From contig JBDRWW010000006.1 of assembly GCA_039802605.1 (NCBI GenBank), positions 32,001-96,000 on the forward strand: 64,000 nt of DNA, given 5' to 3'. The position numbers and the translations under genes were made by a program. The notes under the pieces are model-generated. The model did not search any database. It was given only the letters and a program-made list of their open reading frames with translations, and had not been told where the DNA came from. This DNA comes from a candidate division WOR-3 bacterium. GTDB taxonomy: Bacteria; Hydrothermota; Hydrothermia; LBFQ01. This document shows, one piece after another, positions 38,552 through 48,100 of this stretch (position 1 is the stretch's first letter; every line of letters begins with the position of its first letter).

Positions 38552-41500
38552 ATGAATTGGAGGACGATTAAAAGGGTTATAGCATCTTTGGCCTCGCCGG
38601 AGGAGATGAAACTCTGGTCTGAGGCCGAAAGGAGGGGTAGGGAGAGGGGAGAACACGGTTTGGGTGAGGTTAAAAGCCCCGAAACCATTAACTACAAAAC
38701 CTTAAAACCCGAACCTGGTGGTCTATATTGTCAAAGGATTTTCGGGCCTGTTAAGGATTACACCTGTGCTTGTGGGAAGTTTTCGGATAAGAGGTATGAG
38801 GGTATAATTTGCGATGTTTGTGGTGTTGAGGTTACGAGATCCGATGTTAGAAGGGAAAGGATGGGATATATATCCCTCAACACACCGGTTGTACACCCCT
38901 GGTTTTACAAGATGCCCCCTTATATCATTCCCACACTCTTAGGGATACCAAAAACGAAGTTTGAGCCCGTAATCAACTATGAGGCTTATGTTATCCTTGA
39001 TGTGAAAACCGACCTGGAATTTGTTGAGATAGATTCCCGAGACGGAAAGAAAAAGATATACCTCCGCAAGGGTGAAGTTGTATCCATAGAGGAGAGGAAA
39101 AAGATAATTGCCGCTTTGGGCCCTGAGGAGGTTGAATTCGAATGGGGTGCTGAGGCCATGGCGGTTAAATTCGGATGGGGTGCTGAGGCCATAAAGAAGC
39201 TACTGGAAGATTTAAACGAGGAGGTAGAGGATCCACAAACGAGGGAGAGGATTACGAGATTGGAAGCCTTATATAAAGAGACCAAGTTAAAACTTCAAAC
39301 CACTACAAATCCGTCGGAAAGGACAAAGCTCTTAAATAGATTGAAGATTATAGAGGCCTTTATCCTATCCGGACAAAACCCCGCTTGGATGGTGTTGGAG
39401 GTTATACCCGTCTTACCCCCTGATCTAAGGCCGATTTTGACCTTAGGTGGTGGTAAGTTTGCAAACACGGATTTAACGGATCTTTATAGGGATGTAATAA
39501 GGAGGAATAACAGGTTAAAGCAGATATACGAAAAGGGTGCGTTTGAACTGATGGTTATAAACGAAAAGAGGCAGATAAAGCATGCCGTTGAAGCCCTGAT
39601 AGACAACTCCCGTTTGAGAAGGCCTTCTATGAACAGGAGCGGTCAGAGGAGGAAATCTCTTACGGATTATTTGAGGGGTAAGAAGGGGTTGTTGAGGAGG
39701 AATCTACTCGGCAAGAGGGTTGATTATTCCGGTAGGTCGGTAATAGTTGTAGGTCCCCATTTAAAACTCCACCAGGTTGGAATACCGAAGGATATGGCCC
39801 TTGAACTGTTTAGACCCATGATTGAGAAGAAACTTGAAGAATCCGGCATTGCATATACCACATCCGAAAAGCGGTTGTTCATAAAACGGCAAAAACACGA
39901 GACCATAGAAATACTCCTTGATATTACAAGGCGCCATCCTGTTTTGTTAAACAGGGCTCCCACATTGCACAGGGTTTCAATTCAGGCCTTTGAACCCGTT
40001 ATAAACGAAACATACGCCATTCAAATACACCCTTTGGTTTGTGCAGCATACAATGCCGACTTTGATGGGGATCAGATGGGCGTTTTTGTACCCATAAGTC
40101 CCGAGGCCATAGCAGAAGCATACGCTTTAATGTTGGCCCCCCACAATATTCTATCGCCGGCGCATGGGAATCCCTTGGCTACGGCCTCTCAGGATATGGT
40201 GATAGGTATAAACTATATAACAAAGATGAGGTCTGGGGAGGTTAAGGGATCATATTCTGGGTACTATGAAGCCATACATGCCTTTGAGAATGGGCTTGTA
40301 AAGATAAACGATCCTGTGGAGGTATTGTTGCCCGTTGAAGGAAACCCCTTTGATCCAAATAACTCCAAGGTAAAGCCCGTACAAACGACGGTTGGTAGGA
40401 TAATCTTTGCATCAATAATACCCTCTGAGATGTGGGGGGATGGATTTACATTTCTTTCGGTGAATAAGGAATTTAAGAAGAAGGATATATCAAATCTTGT
40501 AAAGGAGATCCACAGGAAGCTTGGGACATGGAAGACGGCGGAATTTCTTGACAATATGAAGGAACTCGGTTTCAAGTGGGCTACATGGTCGGGCTTAACC
40601 TTCGGCATAGATGACATAATAATCCCCAAAGAAAAGCAAAAGATAATAGAAGATGCCTTTAAAGAGATAGACAAAGTTGAAAGGCAGTTTACGCATGGTA
40701 GGATAACGGGTGCCGAAAGGAGGCAGAGGATATTTGATATATGGACTAAGGTGACGGAAGAGGTGACAAAAAAGATGATAGAGGCGATGGAAAAGGATAA
40801 AGACGGTTTTAACCCGATATACCTTATGGTCTTCTCCGGGGCTAGGGGTAATATAGATCAGACGAGGCAGTTGGGGGCGATGAGGGGGCTTATGACGAAA
40901 CCCTCAAAGAAGGGTCAAGCCGGGGAAATAGTTGATACGCCGGTTCTTTCGGCTTTGAAGGAGGGGCTTTCATCCATAGAGTTCTTCATATCTTCCCACG
41001 GGGCGAGGAAGGGGTTGTCGGATGTGGCCATGAAAACCGCCGATGCCGGTTATCTAACCAGGAGGCTTGTGGATGCCGCCCAAGAGGTTGTTGTTACTAT
41101 GGATGATTGTGGGGCTATAAAGGGTAGGGCTGTTAGGGCGTTAAAGGAGGGGGAGACGGTCATAAGGAGGTTGAGCGAAAGGATAGTTGGGAGGTATGCC
41201 CTTGACGATATATACGATCCGGAAAGTGGGGATGTTATAGTTGAGGCTGGGGAAGAGATAACGGAAGAGAAGGCCAAGATAATAGAGGAGAAGGGGATAG
41301 AAGAGGTTGAGATTAGGTCTGTGCTGTATTGTGAGGCGCCTTATGGTGTATGCCGGAAGTGTTATGGGAGGAATTTGGCTACGGGCAAACCCGTTGATAT
41401 AGGTGAGGCCGTTGGGATAATAGCGGCGCAATCCATTGGAGAGCCCGGAACACAATTAACCCTTAGGACCAAACATACCGGGGGTGCTGCCGAAAGGATA

Positions 41501-42772
41501 GTAGAGGAACCGATACACAAAGCCGCCTTTGATGGTATAGTTGAATGGGAGGATGTAAATGCGGTTAAAAACTCGGAGGGTTATTGGACCGTTATATCTA
41601 GGAAGGGGGCTATAATTCTTCGTGGGAAGGATGGAAGGAGCAAGAGGTATAACCTTGAATACGGTTATATCATTTATGTTTCGGATGGGGATAAGGTTAA
41701 AAAGGACGACAAAATTGCGGAATGGGATGCCTACGATTTGCCAATATTGGCAACCAAAGAGGGCATTTTGGAGTTTGAAGACCTAGTTGAAGGGGTATCT
41801 TTAAAGGAGGATGTTCAGTGGAATGTTTTGGAGTATGTTGTTGAGGTTGTAAGGCACAGGAGGCTATATCCCAAGGCCTTTGTAAAGGATCCCAAAACGG
41901 GTAAAATTCTAGAAGTAATACCCCTTGCAAACGGTTCAAGGCTAACCAAGAGGGCTTACGAAATATTTAAAGGTGGTTCGGATGCCCTTGTAAAACCCGG
42001 GGAGATAATAGCAAAACTGCCTAGAACTATATATAAGACTAGGGATATAACGGGGGGATTGCCGAAGGTTGAGGAGCTTTTTGAGGCTAGGGTTCCAAAG
42101 GATGCGGCGGTTATAGTTGAGAAGAACGGGGTTGTTAAGGACATAAAGTTGGATAACAAGAGGGGGATGATAGTAATAACCGTAGAACACGACGACGGTA
42201 CGGTTAAAGACTACGACATAAAGTATGGGGAATATTTATTGGTTTCGAAGGGTGATAGGGTGCAGGCGATGGATAAACTTGTAGAAGGTGACATATCCCC
42301 CAGGGATATATTGAAGGTAAAGGGGCCTAATGTTGCGGCCGAATACCTGTTGGAGCAGATACAAAAGGTTTATAGCGTTTCTGGGGTAGTAATAGACGAC
42401 AAGCACATAGAAATAATCCTAAGGCAGATGCTGAGGAGGGTTAAGGTTGTAGATGGTGGCACCACTAGGTTTTTACCCGAGCAAATAGTTGATAGGGTAA
42501 AGTTGGAGAGGGAGAATGCGGAGGTTATAAGGAAGGGTGGTAAACCTGCGAGGTGGGAGCCGATACTCATAGGTATAAGTAAGGTTGCATCGACTACTGA
42601 CAGCTTTTTAGCCGCCGCCTCGTTTGAGGAAGCGCCTAGGATACTGGCCGAAGCGGCCGTTAGGAAACAGGAAGACGATTTAAGGGGATTAAAAGAAAGG
42701 GTGATAATTGGAGACCTGATACCCGCCGGTACGGGGTACTACTACGGGGTACTACGATTGGAGGATGGATAG
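38552..42772 (+). CDS. rpoC: RNA polymerase beta' subunit (C-terminal tail shifted by a 13-bp duplication)
   Basis: Zn finger, LLGKRVDYSGRSVI, NADFDGDQM, IGEPGTQLT, IPAGTG. Confidence 0.97.
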   Translation: MNWRTIKRVIASLASPEEMKLWSEAERRGRERGEHGLGEVKSPETINYKTLKPEPGGLYCQRIFGPVKDYTCACGKFSDKRYEGIICDVCGVEVTRSDVRRERMGYISLNTPVVHPWFYKMPPYIIPTLLGIPKTKFEPVINYEAYVILDVKTDLEFVEIDSRDGKKKIYLRKGEVVSIEERKKIIAALGPEEVEFEWGAEAMAVKFGWGAEAIKKLLEDLNEEVEDPQTRERITRLEALYKETKLKLQTTTNPSERTKLLNRLKIIEAFILSGQNPAWMVLEVIPVLPPDLRPILTLGGGKFANTDLTDLYRDVIRRNNRLKQIYEKGAFELMVINEKRQIKHAVEALIDNSRLRRPSMNRSGQRRKSLTDYLRGKKGLLRRNLLGKRVDYSGRSVIVVGPHLKLHQVGIPKDMALELFRPMIEKKLEESGIAYTTSEKRLFIKRQKHETIEILLDITRRHPVLLNRAPTLHRVSIQAFEPVINETYAIQIHPLVCAAYNADFDGDQMGVFVPISPEAIAEAYALMLAPHNILSPAHGNPLATASQDMVIGINYITKMRSGEVKGSYSGYYEAIHAFENGLVKINDPVEVLLPVEGNPFDPNNSKVKPVQTTVGRIIFASIIPSEMWGDGFTFLSVNKEFKKKDISNLVKEIHRKLGTWKTAEFLDNMKELGFKWATWSGLTFGIDDIIIPKEKQKIIEDAFKEIDKVERQFTHGRITGAERRQRIFDIWTKVTEEVTKKMIEAMEKDKDGFNPIYLMVFSGARGNIDQTRQLGAMRGLMTKPSKKGQAGEIVDTPVLSALKEGLSSIEFFISSHGARKGLSDVAMKTADAGYLTRRLVDAAQEVVVTMDDCGAIKGRAVRALKEGETVIRRLSERIVGRYALDDIYDPESGDVIVEAGEEITEEKAKIIEEKGIEEVEIRSVLYCEAPYGVCRKCYGRNLATGKPVDIGEAVGIIAAQSIGEPGTQLTLRTKHTGGAAERIVEEPIHKAAFDGIVEWEDVNAVKNSEGYWTVISRKGAIILRGKDGRSKRYNLEYGYIIYVSDGDKVKKDDKIAEWDAYDLPILATKEGILEFEDLVEGVSLKEDVQWNVLEYVVEVVRHRRLYPKAFVKDPKTGKILEVIPLANGSRLTKRAYEIFKGGSDALVKPGEIIAKLPRTIYKTRDITGGLPKVEELFEARVPKDAAVIVEKNGVVKDIKLDNKRGMIVITVEHDDGTVKDYDIKYGEYLLVSKGDRVQAMDKLVEGDISPRDILKVKGPNVAAEYLLEQIQKVYSVSGVVIDDKHIEIILRQMLRRVKVVDGGTTRFLPEQIVDRVKLERENAEVIRKGGKPARWEPILIGISKVASTTDSFLAAASFEEAPRILAEAAVRKQEDDLRGLKERVIIGDLIPAGTGYYYGVLRLEDG
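39130..39192 (+). repeat. 30-bp direct repeat (2 mismatches, 33-bp period) inside rpoC
   Basis: ggttgaattcgaatggggtgctgaggccat / ggttaaattcggatggggtgctgaggccat. Confidence 0.9.
42730..42755 (+). repeat. perfect 13-bp tandem duplication at the rpoC 3' end
   Basis: tacggggtactac repeated twice. Confidence 0.92.
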
Positions 42773-42860
42773 GATTGCGCTAAAAGTGGAGGAAGAGGAA
42801 GGGAAAAAGGAAGTTGCACAAGGATAAAAAACTTTCTTTTCGGCCTTAGAATACCTACCT

Positions 42861-43046
42861 ATGGCTACGAAGGCGCAATTGGAAAAGATGAAGAAAAAAC
42901 CAAAGTTTAAAACCCGGAAAAGGAACAGGTGTTTGATATGCGGTAGGGATCACGGATATTTCAGGCAGTTTGGGATATGCAGGATATGTTTCAGGGAGCT
43001 CGCGCTTGAAGGTAAATTACCCGGGGTTATAAAGGCATCCTGGTAG
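42861..43046 (+). CDS. rpsN: 30S ribosomal protein S14 type Z
   Basis: RCLICGR...CRICFRELA...GVIKASW. Confidence 0.96.
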   Translation: MATKAQLEKMKKKPKFKTRKRNRCLICGRDHGYFRQFGICRICFRELALEGKLPGVIKASW

Positions 43047-43055
43047 GAGGTAAAT

Positions 43056-43451
43056 ATGCTAAGCGATCCCATTGGCGATATGCTAACCCGTATCAGAAAT
43101 GCCGTAATGGCCGGTAAAAAGGAAGTTATAATAGAACCCGCCTCAAAGTTTAAAATGGCAATCCTCGATGTATTAAAGAGAGAGGGGTACATAGACGGGT
43201 ATAGGGTTGAAGGCGAAGGTGTGAAGAAAAGAATACTGGTACAACTCAGGTATTACAAAGGAAAGCCCGTTATACAATACATAGAAAGGGTTTCCAAACC
43301 CGGCAGGAGGGTTTATGTTGGCGTTGATGAAATTCCTAAGGTTTTCAACGGACTCGGAATAGCGGTATTATCCACACCAAAGGGTGTTCTTTCCGATAGG
43401 GAGGCTAAGAAACTCCGAGTGGGTGGCGAATTGGTTTGTAAATTGTTCTAA
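43056..43451 (+). CDS. rpsH: 30S ribosomal protein S8
   Basis: DPIGDMLTRIRNA, SKPGRRVY, GLGIAVLSTPKG. Confidence 0.97.
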   Translation: MLSDPIGDMLTRIRNAVMAGKKEVIIEPASKFKMAILDVLKREGYIDGYRVEGEGVKKRILVQLRYYKGKPVIQYIERVSKPGRRVYVGVDEIPKVFNGLGIAVLSTPKGVLSDREAKKLRVGGELVCKLF

Positions 43452-43462
43452 GGGGGTGAATT

Positions 43463-44071
43463 ATGTCAAGGCTTATAAAGAAACCGTTGGAAATCCCGCC
43501 ATCCGTAAAGGTTGAAGTTAAAGAGGGCGAGGGCAAGTTTAAAGGCAGGATGGTTAAGGGCAAGGTTTTTCACTTTAAGGGTCCAAAGGGCGAAGTTGAG
43601 GTTTATGTTCCACCATTGGTAAATGCCGAATTGGAAAACGGTACAATAAAGGTTCATCCAATAGATGTTAAGAAATTACCCAAACCCGATAGAAAATTGG
43701 GTGAGGCTTTGCCCGGCACCATATACAGAATCCTCAAAAACGCAATAATAGGCGTTGTCGATGGGTACAGAAAAGAATTAAAGGTTGTCGGTACGGGTTA
43801 TAGGGTTAGAAAGGAAGGAGAAAAATTGATATTCACCGTTGGTTATTCCCATCCCGTGGAATACGAGATCCCGGAAGAGTATAGAAAGTATGTAAAAGTT
43901 GAAGTTCAAGGCCAAGATACCGTTATCGTTTCAGGAACAAGTAAAGAGCTCGTGGGACTCGTGGCCGCACAGATCAGATCCATTAGGGAACCGAATGTAT
44001 ATACCGGTAAGGGAATTAGGTACGCGGATGAAGTGGTAATTTTGAAACCTACCAAGAAGACAAAGGCGTGA
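43463..44071 (+). CDS. rplF: 50S ribosomal protein L6
   Basis: [22 protein letters not shown]. Confidence 0.96.
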   Translation: MSRLIKKPLEIPPSVKVEVKEGEGKFKGRMVKGKVFHFKGPKGEVEVYVPPLVNAELENGTIKVHPIDVKKLPKPDRKLGEALPGTIYRILKNAIIGVVDGYRKELKVVGTGYRVRKEGEKLIFTVGYSHPVEYEIPEEYRKYVKVEVQGQDTVIVSGTSKELVGLVAAQIRSIREPNVYTGKGIRYADEVVILKPTKKTKA

Positions 44072-44081
44072 GGATAAGAAT

Positions 44082-44477
44082 ATGAACTACGTATCCGAAA
44101 GGGATAAAACCGAATATAGGTTAAAGAGGAGAAAGAGGAGGCATTTGAGGGTTAGAAAGAAAGTGATGGGGACACCGGAAAGGCCGAGACTCGTGGTTTT
44201 TAAGTCCAACAAACACGTATACGCTCAACTGGTTATAGATTACCCCTTTGGCCCCTGTAAGATTTTAACGGGTGCATCCACGCTTTCCCCAGAAATAAGG
44301 GATAAAATTGCAAATTTAAAAGGTGTTGAAAGGGCGAGGGAGGTGGGGAAACTTATAGCGGAAAGGGCTAAAAAACTCGGGATAACCAAAGTCGTTTTCG
44401 ATAGAGCGGGTTATAAGTATCACGGTAAGGTAAAGGCCTTGGCGGAAGGGGCGCGCGAGGGTGGTCTTGAATTTTAA
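44082..44477 (+). CDS. rplR: 50S ribosomal protein L18
   Basis: [29 protein letters not shown]. Confidence 0.97.
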   Translation: MNYVSERDKTEYRLKRRKRRHLRVRKKVMGTPERPRLVVFKSNKHVYAQLVIDYPFGPCKILTGASTLSPEIRDKIANLKGVERAREVGKLIAERAKKLGITKVVFDRAGYKYHGKVKALAEGAREGGLEF

Positions 44478-44488
44478 GGAGGGATATT

Positions 44489-45010
44489 ATGGAGGAACTA
44501 ATTGAACACACGGTGGTTATAAGAAGAACGGCCAAGATGACGGCCGGTGGCCGTAAATTCCACATCGATGCTTGGGTTGTAGTGGGAAACGGTAAGGGTA
44601 GGGTTGGGATAGGTCATGGAAAGGCCCAAGAAACACCCGACGCGGTACAAAAGGCCCTAAGAAGGGCCAAAAAGAATATGATAGATGTCGTTATAGTTAG
44701 GGATACCGTACCACACGATATAAAGGTTAAATTCAAGGCTACAAAGCTTATAATTAAGCCCGCATCTCCGGGTACGGGTATAATAGCCTCCCGTCCCGTA
44801 CGTGCTGTGCTTGAAGCGGCCGGATACCGCAATGTATTAACCAAAATAATAGGTTCAACCAACCCGATAAACGCCTTATACGCTACCATAAAGGCTTTAC
44901 AAATGATGAGATCTCCCGAAGAGATTTTAAGGGCAAGGGGTAAATGGAAGGAGGAGGTAAAGACAAATGAAAGTGTTGAAGATAACACTGAAAAGGAGCC
45001 TAATAGATAA
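44489..45010 (+). CDS. rpsE: 30S ribosomal protein S5
   Basis: GGRKF, VVVGNGKG, PASPGTGIIA, GSTNPIN. Confidence 0.96.
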   Translation: MEELIEHTVVIRRTAKMTAGGRKFHIDAWVVVGNGKGRVGIGHGKAQETPDAVQKALRRAKKNMIDVVIVRDTVPHDIKVKFKATKLIIKPASPGTGIIASRPVRAVLEAAGYRNVLTKIIGSTNPINALYATIKALQMMRSPEEILRARGKWKEEVKTNESVEDNTEKEPNR

Positions 45011-45152
45011 GAAGAAAAAAACGAAGAAGATTATCAGGTCTTTGGGTTTAAGGAAAAGGGGTCAAACGGTTATACATAAAGATACCCCTTCCATACGGGG
45101 GCAGATCAACAAAGTAAGGGGATTAGTGGAAGTGGAGGAAATGGATGCCTAA
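44967..45152 (+). CDS. rpmD: 50S ribosomal protein L30
   Basis: ITLKRSLI, SLGLRK, IRGQINKV. Confidence 0.93.
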   Translation: MKVLKITLKRSLIDKKKKTKKIIRSLGLRKRGQTVIHKDTPSIRGQINKVRGLVEVEEMDA

Positions 45153-46374
45153 GGAATTCTTAATGCCCGAAATTGCTGAAAGCGTGGTTGAAGGCGAAAT
45201 ATCAAAATGGCTGGTAAAAGAAGGGGATGAGGTAAAAAAGGAACAACCGCTGGTTGAGGTTATAACCGATAAGGTTACCGTTGAAATACCCTCCCCCTTT
45301 GAAGGGAAAATCGTTAAACTCTTGGCCAAAGAGGGGGATGTTGTAAAGGTCCATCAACCCATACTGATATATTCGGAAAGCGGTGAGAAAGATGTTGAAT
45401 TGGAAGAAGTATCGGTAGGGGTAAATGAAAAAGAAAGTGTCAAACCTGAAAAGGGGGTTGAAGGAAAACCTTTATCCCAAAGGCCCTTAGCCGCCCCTGC
45501 CGTTAGGAGGTTGGCAAAGGAACTCGGTATAGAACTTTCCCAAGTAAAAGGTACGGGTCCAAAAGGTAGGATTAGGAAAGTGGATGTTTTGAGGTTTGCG
45601 GAAGAGATAAAGGTTCAAAAACCCGTCGAAGAAAAGATAGTTGAAATCGTTCCAAAGCCAGAGAAACCGGAGTTTGGTATAAGGAGAATACCGTTTAGAG
45701 GGGTTAGGAGGACGATCGCCGAACATCTCAGAAAGTCTAAGGATAACGCCGTTCACGCTTTCCACGCCGAGGAGATGGATTTCACAGAAATGCTAAATCT
45801 TTTGGATAGGATTAAACCTTTGGCGGAAAAGGAGGGTTTAAAAGTCACGATCTTCCACTTGTTCTTAAAGGCCGTAATAGCCACCTTAAAGAAACACCCC
45901 GAGTTTAACGGTAGGGTTGATGATGAGAGGGGGGAAATTTTGCTTTACAATAGTATAAACCTTTCCATAGCCGTTGATACCCCCGATGGATTAAAGGTTC
46001 CCGTTATTAAAAATGCCGAGAGAAAATCTTTAATAGAAATCGCGAGGGAAGTTAAAGAATTGGCCGAAAAGGCGAGGAATAACAAACTAACCTTGGAAGA
46101 TGTTCAAGATGGTACATTCTCCGTTACGAATATAGGGGCAATAGGTGGGGTTTTTGCATATCCCGTTATCAATTATCCGGAAATAGCCATAGTGGCATTA
46201 CCCAAGCCGAGAAAGGTTCCGGTATTTGTCGGTGAAGAAATAAAACCGAGATATATGGCTACCATAGTTATAACCTTTGACCATAGGGCTGTTGATGGCG
46301 CCCATGCCGCAAGGTTCTTAAACGACTTGAAATCATTGGTGGAAAACCCCGAATTGCTCTTATTAAACTTATGA
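45145..46374 (+). CDS. 2-oxoacid dehydrogenase E2 dihydrolipoamide acyltransferase
   Basis: Lipoyl domain (VITDKV), E3-binding domain (PAVRRLAKE...GPKGRI), catalytic DHRAVDG. Confidence 0.93.
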   Translation: MPKEFLMPEIAESVVEGEISKWLVKEGDEVKKEQPLVEVITDKVTVEIPSPFEGKIVKLLAKEGDVVKVHQPILIYSESGEKDVELEEVSVGVNEKESVKPEKGVEGKPLSQRPLAAPAVRRLAKELGIELSQVKGTGPKGRIRKVDVLRFAEEIKVQKPVEEKIVEIVPKPEKPEFGIRRIPFRGVRRTIAEHLRKSKDNAVHAFHAEEMDFTEMLNLLDRIKPLAEKEGLKVTIFHLFLKAVIATLKKHPEFNGRVDDERGEILLYNSINLSIAVDTPDGLKVPVIKNAERKSLIEIAREVKELAEKARNNKLTLEDVQDGTFSVTNIGAIGGVFAYPVINYPEIAIVALPKPRKVPVFVGEEIKPRYMATIVITFDHRAVDGAHAARFLNDLKSLVENPELLLLNL

Positions 46375-47417
46375 ATTTTCTAAAATCCATTGTAAATTTT
46401 TTCAGGCCCGCAATGGCCATAGACTTGGGTACCTCAACAACTTTAATTTATGTAAGGGGCAAGGGTTTGGTTTTAAGGGAGCCTTCGGTTATAGCAATAG
46501 ATTCAAAAACCCAAAAAGTTTTGGCCGTTGGTTGGGAGGCAAAAAAAATGCTTGGGAAAACCCACGAGGGGATAATAGCCAAAAGACCTATAAGGGACGG
46601 CGTAATACACAATCTCGAATATGTTCAGTATATGTTATCGGAATTCAAAAAAAAGGCGATTAAAAACTTCGTTGCGAACCCCACAGTTCTTGTAGCCGTT
46701 CCCTCCGGGGCAAACGATGTTGAGAGGAAAGCGGCCATAGACGCGGCTAAGAGTATAGGCGCGGGTCAAGTATTTCTAATAGAGGAGCCCGTTGCTTCCG
46801 CCTTAGGTATAGGGTTGGATGTTTTTGATCCTAAGGGTCATCTAATAGTTGATATAGGGGGTGGAACATCCGAAATAGCATTGGTTTCCTTAGGTGGGGT
46901 TGTTTATAAGCACCCGATAAGAACGGCCGGTGACGAGATGGATGAGGCAATAGCAGACTATATTAGGAGAAATTTTAACATAGCAATAGACGAAACCGTT
47001 GCCGAAAGGATAAAGATAGAAATAGGCGATGTATATGGTGAAAACAAGATGGAAATGAAAATCGTGGGATGGGATATATACGCGAGAAAACCCGCGGAAA
47101 TAACTATAACCTCCGACCACATAAGGGAGGCTCTAAACGGTGTGGTTATGGAGTTGGTTAACGCCATAAAAAAGGTTTTGGATAACGCCCCCCCCGCTCT
47201 GGTTCAGGATGTTTTGGAAGAGGGAGTATATTTAACGGGTGGTGGTTCAACTATAAGGGGTCTGGATAAAAGGTTGGAGGAAGAAACGGGTATAAAAATG
47301 ATTAGGGCGAGCAATCCGTATGAAAGTGTTGTTATGGGGGCGGGTAAAGTCTTGGAAGAATTATACAATAAAAATACGCAATATCACAAACTTTTGTATT
47401 ACACGCGAAAGCCTTAA
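46371..47417 (+). CDS. mreB: rod shape-determining protein MreB
   Basis: IDLGT, EPSVIA, RPIRDGVI, VDIGGGTSE, LTGGG. Confidence 0.93.
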   Translation: MNFLKSIVNFFRPAMAIDLGTSTTLIYVRGKGLVLREPSVIAIDSKTQKVLAVGWEAKKMLGKTHEGIIAKRPIRDGVIHNLEYVQYMLSEFKKKAIKNFVANPTVLVAVPSGANDVERKAAIDAAKSIGAGQVFLIEEPVASALGIGLDVFDPKGHLIVDIGGGTSEIALVSLGGVVYKHPIRTAGDEMDEAIADYIRRNFNIAIDETVAERIKIEIGDVYGENKMEMKIVGWDIYARKPAEITITSDHIREALNGVVMELVNAIKKVLDNAPPALVQDVLEEGVYLTGGGSTIRGLDKRLEEETGIKMIRASNPYESVVMGAGKVLEELYNKNTQYHKLLYYTRKP

Positions 47418-48100
47418 TGAACATAAATTTATCCAATTCGGAAATTCTCGCTTTGGTATCTTCCCTTTTATTTTTGTTTCCCCTTAGCCGGGAATTTTTA
47501 AGCGAATTTCTGAGCATAGTGTTTTACCCGGCGTTCGCTTTGGAGGATAAAATGTCCGAAATTTTCTATTTGCGGATGCAAAGGGATGAACTCTTGGCCT
47601 TAAAATCAAAAGTGGAGATAAAATTCCTTACGGATACATTAAAGGTTTATCCGGTTAGGTTCAAAGGTTATTGCCAATTTATCGCTTGGAGTAATGGCCA
47701 TTATCCCCCCTTTATAAAGGTTAAATGTGAAGACAAACCGAAGGAAGGGGATATTATATGGGCATTGGGGCTTGTGGGTTTTGTTGTGAAAAACAATAAT
47801 AATTATGCAGAGGTTCAAACCATTTATTCCCAAGATTTCTATGCAAAAGTAGTCGTTAATAGGTCATCGGTTATGGGTATATTAAAAGGTGGTAATCCCC
47901 CAAAAATAGAATTCTTACCTTATGGTTCGGATATAAAGGTGGGTGATACCCTGTATCTGCAAGAGCATCCCGGTGTGTATGTGGGAACCGTGAAATATGT
48001 TTTTTCATCCCCCCCTTTTATCACGGTTGAGGTGGAACCCTTGTGGAGGTATGAGGTATGGACAAAGTTTTCACTTTTAGAACCTTTGTATATATTTTAG
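47417..48100 (+). CDS. mreC: rod shape-determining protein MreC (divergent, short)
   Basis: Follows mreB. N-terminal TM, GLVG, DIKVGD, PGVYVGTV. Confidence 0.72.
   Translation: MNINLSNSEILALVSSLLFLFPLSREFLSEFLSIVFYPAFALEDKMSEIFYLRMQRDELLALKSKVEIKFLTDTLKVYPVRFKGYCQFIAWSNGHYPPFIKVKCEDKPKEGDIIWALGLVGFVVKNNNNYAEVQTIYSQDFYAKVVVNRSSVMGILKGGNPPKIEFLPYGSDIKVGDTLYLQEHPGVYVGTVKYVFSSPPFITVEVEPLWRYEVWTKFSLLEPLYIF

Noticed and set aside
41490..42030. Large insertion in the beta' trigger loop
   Set aside because: It matches the known beta'-i6 (SBHM repeat) insertion site and size, so it is not novel.
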